Origin: Nanobdellota archaeon
GTDB taxonomy: Archaea > Nanobdellota > Nanobdellia > Nanobdellales > Nanobdellaceae
Assembly (NCBI GenBank): GCA_020697515.1
Contig: JAIXNB010000017.1
Coordinates: 1-7,924, forward strand
Direction of reading: 5' to 3'
Length of the DNA stretch: 7,924 nucleotides
The position numbers were made by a program, and so were the translations under genes. The notes beneath the pieces are model-generated. The model was not told where the DNA came from. It made no database searches and saw only the letters and a list, made by a program, of their open reading frames with translations. Positions within the stretch are counted from its first letter, which is position 1, and every line of letters starts with the position of its first letter. Of the stretch, positions 1 to 5,919 are shown one piece after another.

Positions 1-2
1 AA

Positions 3-107
3 AGGGCTTTAGAATTTGAAAAATTAAAGAAACATAAAATAGATCTAGAAAGAAATAAAGATAAATATTTTAAGAATTTGGAAAAGAGTGTACTAGGATT
101 GTACTAA
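3..107 (+). CDS. 3' end of an upstream gene cut by the window edge; hypothetical, Lys/Glu-rich helical tail
   Basis: Frame 3 is open from the window edge to TAA at 105-107 and translates as RALEFEKLKKHKIDLERNKDKYFKNLEKSVLGLY*. A T7 run follows at 172-178. No start codon is visible and no family is recognised. Confidence 0.3.
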   Translation, partial: RALEFEKLKKHKIDLERNKDKYFKNLEKSVLGLY

Positions 108-171
108 AAGCGCCACGCATAATTTTAGTAATGTGCTTAAAAATTCATATGTTTATATATTATACTTATTC

Positions 172-178
172 TTTTTTT
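172..178 (+). terminator. Oligo-T tract, candidate archaeal intrinsic terminator for the upstream plus-strand gene
   Basis: The sequence cTTTTTTTga lies about 65 nt after the TAA at 105-107, in the convergent intergenic region 108-276. The minus strand has its own T5 run (plus-strand AAAAA at 258-262) about 15 nt after the adkA stop. Confidence 0.3.
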
Positions 179-276
179 GATCTATGGAAAAATCCGATAT
201 ACATATCACAATAGATTGTTAGGAGGATAATAGCGAAGAGATCTTTCTGAGGAATATAAAAATAATCTATGATAAT

Positions 277-846
277 TTAGAGAGAGTTTAGAGCCTCTGC
301 TAATTCTTTACCTGCTTTCTCAATGTGTCCTTCTTGATTTTCTATTACTATCACTGGAATATGCAGATCATATGCCAAGTTTAAAGAATAATTTAGTATC
401 AAATCTTGGTGCAGTTTTATTAAATGTGCCAACTCAATGTCTCTCTGTCTGGTTTTATCTTTTAGACGTCTATGTAGGATGTAATGAGGTTCTGCAATAA
501 TAACCACTATAAAGTTCGGTTTCAAATATTTCGCCATCTCTTTACTTAAACCAGGTAAGAAACCAAACTTAGTCTTAACTAGGAAGTGTGTATCAATTAA
601 TATATCCTTATCTTTATATTTATCGTAAAGGGTTTTACATGTTTCTATCTGGGCTTTATAATAAATATTATATGAAACCTTTTTTCTAATTTCGTCCTTA
701 TTCCTAAGATTATAGTATTTTTTTAGATGTTCAAACAAGATATCTCCAAAGTTTATTACCTCGAAGTTTCTATTTAGATATTTCTTTGCGGCATTCAGTA
801 CAGTCGTTTTTCCAACACCAGGAACACCCACAATAAGGCCTATCAT
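277..846 (-). CDS. adkA: Archaeal-type adenylate kinase (AdkA family)
   Basis: 189 aa. The N-terminal P-loop MIGLIVGVPGVGKTTV (GVPGVGKT encoded at 805-828) matches the archaeal Adk start. Further family-typical blocks are INFGD, LIDTH..VKT..G.LPGL and RRL.D.TR.RD. Length fits the roughly 190-aa archaeal AdkA. Its start overlaps the upstream gene by 4 nt. Confidence 0.9.
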   Translation of the reverse strand: MIGLIVGVPGVGKTTVLNAAKKYLNRNFEVINFGDILFEHLKKYYNLRNKDEIRKKVSYNIYYKAQIETCKTLYDKYKDKDILIDTHFLVKTKFGFLPGLSKEMAKYLKPNFIVVIIAEPHYILHRRLKDKTRQRDIELAHLIKLHQDLILNYSLNLAYDLHIPVIVIENQEGHIEKAGKELAEALNSL

Positions 847-1298
847 CCTAGATATTCTCTAGGTCTCCTATACTCTACTTCTCTATCCCAGAATTCTATC
901 TTTTGTTTTAATATATGACTGGCATTCTCAACAAAGTCTTCAATAGATTCATTAGTAATTTTTATAAACTCTATATATAACTTTTCATCATTTAAGACTG
1001 TTGCTAGCTCATACATCCTTTGACATTTGAGTAGTTTCTTATAAACCTTCCATAGAGTTTGAATATTAATATTTGTACCTCTTATTTCATGAGATATTGC
1101 CAAATCCCCTATATCTGGATTTAAAATATCTTCATATACTGAGCGGAGTATATCTAGTTTTTCATAAATCGCCTTAGCTAATTTTTCTATACAATCCTTT
1201 TTATTTTTCGCATGTTCAGGTATTTCAACATATTTTTCAAGGTTATTTAGAGGTATCTCTTTAAAAACCCTCCTACATTCATACTTTTGAGACTCCAT
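843..1298 (-). CDS. Hypothetical protein, 151 aa, predicted all-helical and soluble
   Basis: This is the only long ORF here. The start ATG at 1296-1298 overlaps the argS 3' end by 20 nt and the stop overlaps the adkA start by 4 nt, so co-transcription is likely. No hydrophobic segment and no motif I can assign. Confidence 0.6.
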   Translation of the reverse strand: MESQKYECRRVFKEIPLNNLEKYVEIPEHAKNKKDCIEKLAKAIYEKLDILRSVYEDILNPDIGDLAISHEIRGTNINIQTLWKVYKKLLKCQRMYELATVLNDEKLYIEFIKITNESIEDFVENASHILKQKIEFWDREVEYRRPREYLG

Positions 1299-3240
1299 CT
1301 ATCTTTAAGATATAGTATAGCTTTTCAAGAATTTGCTGTGTTAAATATACTAAGAATATTCTATAAGGCTTTTCATCAAGTTCCGGCAAAATTGGAACGT
1401 TTTGATAGAATTCGTTGAAAGTTCGTGCTAACTTTAATGAGTACTCTGCCAATAGGTTGAGTTCTAAACTAGAACTAATTTCTAATACTACATCTTTGAA
1501 TAGAAATACAATCTTTAACAATCTTCTTTCATAGTCATTCAGATCTTTAATACATCGTATATATTCTTTAAAATCTTTAATGCCAGATTTTTCTAATAAA
1601 GATTTTATTCTAGCATATGTATACATCAGATAGAGAGCGTTCCCTTCATCTATATTCGTCATTCTCTCCAAATCAAATACAACTGTTTTATTCCTATCAT
1701 ACTTAAGTATCTCAAAAGATATTGTGCTCCTGGCTATTTTAAATGCCAATATTTCTAAATCTTTATCAGATAAATTTGTATGTCTCTCTGCTATTTTCTT
1801 TTTGGCTAACTCGATAGTTTTTTCCAGTAGATTATCAACATTTATATAAATACCCTTTCTACCAGACATTCTAATTACTTCCTTATCAGAATCCATCCCG
1901 AATAGACTAGCAGTATTCTTAGATAACATAACTAAGCCATATCCATAGTAAATATACTTCGATTTTCCTCTAGATACTTCATTAATTATTTTTGATAGTA
2001 TTGATTGTAAATATGATTGCTCAGATCCTATTACGTTTATAGATATGTCGGCTTTTCCGAATTCTTTTGGGTTTTCTTTCCCATTAATATCAGTTTCCCA
2101 TAATTCATTTCCATTAGGTTGAATACAAAATATAGAATATTTAAAGTCTATATCAATTAATCCATGCTTCCAGAATGCATAAGCTATATCCTTTGCAAGA
2201 TAAACAGTAGTCCCATCCGATCTTACAAGGACTTTGTACTTATCTGTCAGATTTTTGAACTCTTTCCAGCGAGTTAGATCTATAGACCATGTACCCTTCT
2301 TATCACCTTCAGTAACGAACTCTATAATCCCTTTCTCTTTTAGTATTTCAAAAGTTTTATTCCAGAGGTTAAAATGAAGAATATCGCTCTCTTTGTTCAA
2401 TAGGTCATAGTATATATCAAAATTCCATAGAGTTTTTAATTGTTCTTCAAGAACTTTCTTCACAATCTTTTTATTTAACTTGTAAATTTCATTATTCCCT
2501 TTCTCTATCTTTTTTATAACTATTGCTCTATACTTTTCTAGATCTGGAATTAATTTGTATAACTGGTTTACTATGACATAGATAAAATCTCCACAATAAT
2601 GATCAAACTTTTTTGGAATTGTATACCCATAGATCTTCTTCAAAATTCTTATTCTGTTTTTGATAATATCTTTGATATTCCTTTCTATATCTCTTTTATA
2701 CAATCCTTCCTTCTTCAGAAACTGTATTATGCTATCAACTAGCCTTTCAATATTTATATCTTCAGGATTCTCTGGGAATCCTAAAAAATATAAACCTACT
2801 ATAACATCCGCAATCTGACTACCAGTATCATCTATATAATTTAAAACCTCTACTTTATATCCTAAAGCTTTAAAGAATCTTACAATACTATCTCCTAAAA
2901 TAGCATTTCGGAGATGGCCAATATGAAGCGCTTTATTAGGATTTACAGATGTATGTTCAACCATAATCTTTATTTTTGGTGTATTAAACGAGAATAAGCT
3001 TTCCCATTTATCTATTACTTTTTCCCAATCTAAATTAATATTTAAGTATCCACTGACAACTTCAAAATCTTTTATATATTCTTTAATTCTATATATTATC
3101 TGAGTCGCTACTTCTTCAGGGCTTCTTTTCTGCTTTTTTACTTCTTTAAACATTTTTATAGTATAATCGTAATCCACATGTTTTGGGGGCTCCGTTATGT
3201 CTATATCAAATTCTTTCAGATGCTCTTTCAACAACCACAT
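1279..3240 (-). CDS. argS: Arginine--tRNA ligase (class I arginyl-tRNA synthetase)
   Basis: 653 aa. A literal HIGH signature sits in NPNKALHIGHLRNAILGDS (HIGH encoded at 2914-2925). VLVRSDGTTVYLAKDIAYAFWK matches the ArgRS catalytic core. RMSGRKG stands in for the degenerate KMSKS loop. The C-terminal helical DALR-type anticodon-binding region includes LAEYSLKLARTFNEFY. N-terminal add-on domain ends GYLNINL. Confidence 0.93.
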   Translation of the reverse strand: MWLLKEHLKEFDIDITEPPKHVDYDYTIKMFKEVKKQKRSPEEVATQIIYRIKEYIKDFEVVSGYLNINLDWEKVIDKWESLFSFNTPKIKIMVEHTSVNPNKALHIGHLRNAILGDSIVRFFKALGYKVEVLNYIDDTGSQIADVIVGLYFLGFPENPEDINIERLVDSIIQFLKKEGLYKRDIERNIKDIIKNRIRILKKIYGYTIPKKFDHYCGDFIYVIVNQLYKLIPDLEKYRAIVIKKIEKGNNEIYKLNKKIVKKVLEEQLKTLWNFDIYYDLLNKESDILHFNLWNKTFEILKEKGIIEFVTEGDKKGTWSIDLTRWKEFKNLTDKYKVLVRSDGTTVYLAKDIAYAFWKHGLIDIDFKYSIFCIQPNGNELWETDINGKENPKEFGKADISINVIGSEQSYLQSILSKIINEVSRGKSKYIYYGYGLVMLSKNTASLFGMDSDKEVIRMSGRKGIYINVDNLLEKTIELAKKKIAERHTNLSDKDLEILAFKIARSTISFEILKYDRNKTVVFDLERMTNIDEGNALYLMYTYARIKSLLEKSGIKDFKEYIRCIKDLNDYERRLLKIVFLFKDVVLEISSSLELNLLAEYSLKLARTFNEFYQNVPILPELDEKPYRIFLVYLTQQILEKLYYILKIDGVSKV

Positions 3241-3288
3241 TAAAATTTTGGATTTTATAAAAATTTAAAGAAACATATACTAGAAAAT
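3241..3288. promoter_or_regulatory. Divergent promoter spacer with archaeal TATA-like elements
   Basis: A 48-bp, almost pure A/T spacer lies between the argS start (3240, minus) and the 3289 ATG (plus). TTTTATAAAA at 3253-3262 is about 27-36 nt upstream of 3289, which fits a short or leaderless mRNA. TTTAAA at 3264-3269 read on the minus strand sits about 25-30 nt from the argS ATG. Confidence 0.35.
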
Positions 3289-3690
3289 ATGTCTCTATCT
3301 ACCACAACCAGACCTGATAAAGGAACCCTCTCTGATAGGGTTCTAAAGGTGAAAAGGTCAGTTGAGTTACCAGCAAATGTTATAGTTATTCTTATAATAG
3401 CAGTTATGGTCTTGCTGGGGTTAATTATGTTCTTTTTTAATAATTATATTAAACTATCTCCTCCCATAATTGGGCTGTCTAAGAACACAAGTGAAGAGCT
3501 AAAAGGAGTTTTACCTTGTAGTAATCTATCTGAATTTGTTATAAAACGGATGTGTATTTCTGCATGTTATAAAATTGGACATGGTTATAGATATATAGGT
3601 GAGTATCATATAATGAATGTATTAGGAGTTATAAAGTGTAAATGTTCGAATATAAGCAATATAGAATATGTAGAGATAGAATGTCAGTGA
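3289..3690 (+). CDS. Membrane-anchored cysteine-rich small protein A (paralog of the next gene)
   Basis: 133 aa. A hydrophobic helix (ANVIVILIIAVMVLLGLIMFFF, aa 29-50) follows VKRSVELP. The ectodomain has 6 Cys (77, 89, 93, 117, 119, 132) and sequons NTS, NLS, NIS. First gene after the promoter spacer. An in-frame GTG at 3349 would give MKRSVELPANVIV as an alternative start. Confidence 0.7.
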   Translation: MSLSTTTRPDKGTLSDRVLKVKRSVELPANVIVILIIAVMVLLGLIMFFFNNYIKLSPPIIGLSKNTSEELKGVLPCSNLSEFVIKRMCISACYKIGHGYRYIGEYHIMNVLGVIKCKCSNISNIEYVEIECQ

Positions 3691-4016
3691 GAGCACAGGC
3701 AATACAAACAATAGTTTTAATTATCCTTGCCTTGATAGTACTAATCGCAGGTATAGTTATAATCAACAAAATATCTTCTAGCGCTGGTAGAGGTATATCT
3801 GAATTAGAAAATATAAAAAAGTCAACCGCTGGGGATATATTAGGAAAATGTGCATTGCTTTCTTCACAGGAGATATTTGAAAAATGTAAAAAAGTTTGTG
3901 AAGATGCCTGTTGCAGTTATAAAGATTATAAACTAACTGATGGAAAACTACTATGCATATGCTATTGTCATGATGGTGCTATAAGGTATAATCGAAAAAT
4001 ATGGGTTGATTGCTAA
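3681..4016 (+). CDS. Prepilin-like (class III signal) cysteine-rich small protein B
   Basis: The ORF track starts this gene at 3642. I prefer the in-frame ATG at 3681, which overlaps the upstream stop (ATGTCAGTGA) and gives MSVRAQAIQTIVLIILALIVLIAGIVII. That is a short basic N-terminus, then R-A|Q-A, then a hydrophobic helix. The ectodomain has 9 Cys and shares C-x11-C-x3-C with protein A. The stop overlaps the next start (TAATG). Confidence 0.7.
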   Translation: MSVRAQAIQTIVLIILALIVLIAGIVIINKISSSAGRGISELENIKKSTAGDILGKCALLSSQEIFEKCKKVCEDACCSYKDYKLTDGKLLCICYCHDGAIRYNRKIWVDC

Positions 4017-4105
4017 TGCATGAGGAAGTAGTAGAGATTATTTATAGAGTTATTATTTTCGTAGTACTAATGGGAATAGTGTTATATTTATTTATGATAG
4101 TTTAA
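4016..4105 (+). CDS. Micro-ORF, 29-aa single-pass membrane peptide (not in the ORF track)
   Basis: Hand translation gives MHEEVVEIIYRVIIFVVLMGIVLYLFMIV*. The ATG overlaps the previous TAA by 1 nt (TAATG) and the stop lies 6 nt before the next ATG (4112). It fills the only apparent gap in the operon. It is short, so a chance ORF in AT-rich DNA remains possible. Confidence 0.4.
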   Translation: MHEEVVEIIYRVIIFVVLMGIVLYLFMIV

Positions 4106-4111
4106 TATTTA

Positions 4112-5401
4112 ATGAGAATATCCTCAATATCATTTTTATATGTACGGCTTATAGTAGTAATAATTACGTTTATACTAGCAGTATATATTTTAACTAAGTT
4201 TGTAAATGTGTTAAATTATGATGGTAGATTTAGTTGCAAGATGGGCGCTGCTGTTGCTAATGTCTTCCTAGGTCCAGTACCAGATAAAGAAAAAGCTTGG
4301 ATGTTTCTAGCAGCTGCTCCCGCTGCAGCCGTGCTCTTAGGACTTGCATATGATACATGGAAAGATAGGGATATAATATACATAAGGGATACAATTACGA
4401 GGACCACGATGCCTGGGATGGTACATATTAAAGCTGAAAGAAGAGTTTGGCGTCTTAATGAGAAAGCTCTTAAAGATCTAATGAATGGGGCAAAAAGAGC
4501 CACAAAAGGTATTAGTGGTTCAATATTTAAGATGGCTAGTAAAAGTGGTAAATCTTTATTAGCTGGAGGAATAATAGCTGCATTAAGCGCTATACTTTTA
4601 GGATTTTTAGATGATGATTCCTCATCAAAGAAACTTCCTTTTACAGACGTTCTTATGAAAATAGCAATATCAGCCCTAAAACTGTGTTATCCAAAACCGA
4701 TTATAATACCTGTAGACAGCATACAGTTAAGTTGTCATAAACTCGATGAGTATTTGAAAGAACAATTAACCAGAGACGCGTATACTGCTTTGCAGGAACT
4801 AATTAAGGAAAATAAAATAGAGACATGCTCTCCCGATTCCCCAGATTGGATAGAATTATTCCTGGATATAGAAATTGCCAAGTTAGGAAAAATGACTTTT
4901 GAAGAAGGTCTGAGAGATACAGAATTACCTATACCAACGCTACATTATGTTCTCTTCTTAGAGAAGATTTCTGCATTAAACAAGGGAGGAAATAAAGAAT
5001 GGAAATTCGGGGAAGCTGAAATGGTGTGTTGGTGGAACCTAATAAGATTCAGAGGGAAGAAAAAGGTCAGCTATTATAAGGAAATCTATGGAAAAGTAAA
5101 GGAGGTATATGATAGTGGAGATGTAAACAATATAGATACTAGTAAGAACATTTGTTGGATGATTTTAGAAGAGCTTGGAAAGAGTAAGGAAGATATACTG
5201 ACTAATAGCGAGGGTAATAACTATATAGCACCATTTTCAGATGAAAATAGCTGTACTGGAGATATTAAGGAGTGTGCAAAAGGAAGGTATGTTGCTAGTT
5301 CTATAGAATCCTCAAATTATAAGACTAATAGCATTGCAGTGAACTTCTATCATGCTGTTGGTAGATTGCTTGTTTATTTAGTGCACTACAATGTTGAATA
5401 G
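4112..5401 (+). CDS. Polytopic membrane protein D with a large Cys-containing C-terminal domain; unknown function
   Basis: 429 aa. N-terminal anchor MRISSISFLYVRLIVVIITFILAVYIL. Ala-rich helix AWMFLAAAPAAAVLLGLAY (aa 62-80). A very basic loop spans aa 81-147. A second helix is SLLAGGIIAALSAILLGFL (aa 148-166). The following domain of about 260 aa has 7 Cys. No recognised family. Confidence 0.75.
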   Translation: MRISSISFLYVRLIVVIITFILAVYILTKFVNVLNYDGRFSCKMGAAVANVFLGPVPDKEKAWMFLAAAPAAAVLLGLAYDTWKDRDIIYIRDTITRTTMPGMVHIKAERRVWRLNEKALKDLMNGAKRATKGISGSIFKMASKSGKSLLAGGIIAALSAILLGFLDDDSSSKKLPFTDVLMKIAISALKLCYPKPIIIPVDSIQLSCHKLDEYLKEQLTRDAYTALQELIKENKIETCSPDSPDWIELFLDIEIAKLGKMTFEEGLRDTELPIPTLHYVLFLEKISALNKGGNKEWKFGEAEMVCWWNLIRFRGKKKVSYYKEIYGKVKEVYDSGDVNNIDTSKNICWMILEELGKSKEDILTNSEGNNYIAPFSDENSCTGDIKECAKGRYVASSIESSNYKTNSIAVNFYHAVGRLLVYLVHYNVE

Positions 5402-5567
5402 ACTAGTTGCAATAGTAATAGCGATTATCGCGCTTCTTATCTTAATTTTATTTGCTATGAAGATAGTAACACCAAAAATATTTGAGAATTTGGATATAAT
5501 CCGAGATATTCTACCTATAACACTTATATTAAAGAACAACTATTATAGAAAATGGATAAATTTATAG
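5391..5567 (+). CDS. Small ORF, 58-aa N-terminally anchored protein E (not in the ORF track)
   Basis: Hand translation gives MLNRLVAIVIAIIALLILILFAMKIVTPKIFENLDIIRDILPITLILKNNYYRKWINL*. It overlaps the gene D end by 11 nt and the gene F start by 16 nt. It has the same short basic N-terminus plus hydrophobic helix as its neighbours. Confidence 0.45.
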   Translation: MLNRLVAIVIAIIALLILILFAMKIVTPKIFENLDIIRDILPITLILKNNYYRKWINL

Positions 5568-5914
5568 TAGCAGTCATATTAATGCTGGTTGGTACATTGT
5601 TATTATTATATTTCTTATTTTACTTTAGCAAAGGTTCTATAGATATATTCAATCAAAAATATAATGAGACTGCAAAACGTATAGTAAGTGATCCAATTTT
5701 ACCAGTTTTGTTTATTTTTGATGTTAGAAGACTAAAAAGATCATCAGTACAAAATTTTATAGTATACCTAATACTAGCTTTGGTGGTTATTTTAGCATTC
5801 CTGTTTTTATATAATAAAATATCACTGAGTGTAAAACATGGCAGTGAGAATATATTTGGAATAGCCAATAAAACAATAGGAGAACCCCAAATAACTAATA
5901 TAACTACTGAGTAA
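5552..5914 (+). CDS. Two-helix membrane protein F
   Basis: 120 aa. Helix 1 is MDKFIVAVILMLVGTLLLLYFLFYF. Helix 2, NFIVYLILALVVILAFLFLY, follows RRLKRSSVQ. Sequons NET, NKT and NIT are present. Same strand and packing as the operon, so preferred over the antisense ORF 5653-5868. Confidence 0.65.
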   Translation: MDKFIVAVILMLVGTLLLLYFLFYFSKGSIDIFNQKYNETAKRIVSDPILPVLFIFDVRRLKRSSVQNFIVYLILALVVILAFLFLYNKISLSVKHGSENIFGIANKTIGEPQITNITTE

Positions 5915-5919
5915 TACTA

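Noticed and set aside
222-226. GGAGG Shine-Dalgarno-like motif
   Set aside because: No start codon lies within 5-12 nt downstream on the plus strand, and it sits between two gene ends, so it is likely a chance match.
108-276. Possible small RNA (C/D box sRNA or tRNA), or a small ORF (131-214, MCLKIHMFIYYTYSFFDLWKNPIYISQ), in the convergent intergenic region
   Set aside because: I read both strands. The only CUGA (247-250, plus strand) has no RUGAUGA-like C box at the right distance. The best C-box-like string on the minus strand (GUGAUAU, complement of 201-207) has no downstream CUGA. There is no cloverleaf-capable GC stems. The 27-codon ORF has no coupling or context. The region is best explained as terminator spacer.
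843-1298. HEPN or toxin-antitoxin-type assignment for the 151-aa helical protein
   Set aside because: I looked for an R-x(4-6)-H motif and found none. AISHEIRG has the reverse order. There is no partner gene of antitoxin size, so I make no family call.
3642-3680. Upstream start (MFEYKQYRICRDR) given for protein B in the ORF track
   Set aside because: It would put 49 nt of gene B inside gene A and add a 13-residue extension lacking the pattern seen in the sibling genes. ATG 3681 gives a coupled junction and a clean class III-like leader. This is still unproven, so I keep it as the alternative start.
4216-4503. 95-aa minus-strand ORF from the track (MALFAPFIRSLRAF...AAAGAAARNIQ...)
   Set aside because: It lies wholly antisense to gene D, exactly over the locally GC-rich Ala-codon stretch (GCN codons leave the antisense frame free of stops). 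Its low-complexity Ala/Ser/Leu composition, the lack of any operon context and the strong context of the sense gene all point to a shadow ORF.
5653-5868. 71-aa minus-strand ORF from the track
   Set aside because: It is fully nested antisense to gene F, which fits the operon spacing and the two-helix membrane design. The antisense product has no features and no upstream promoter space.
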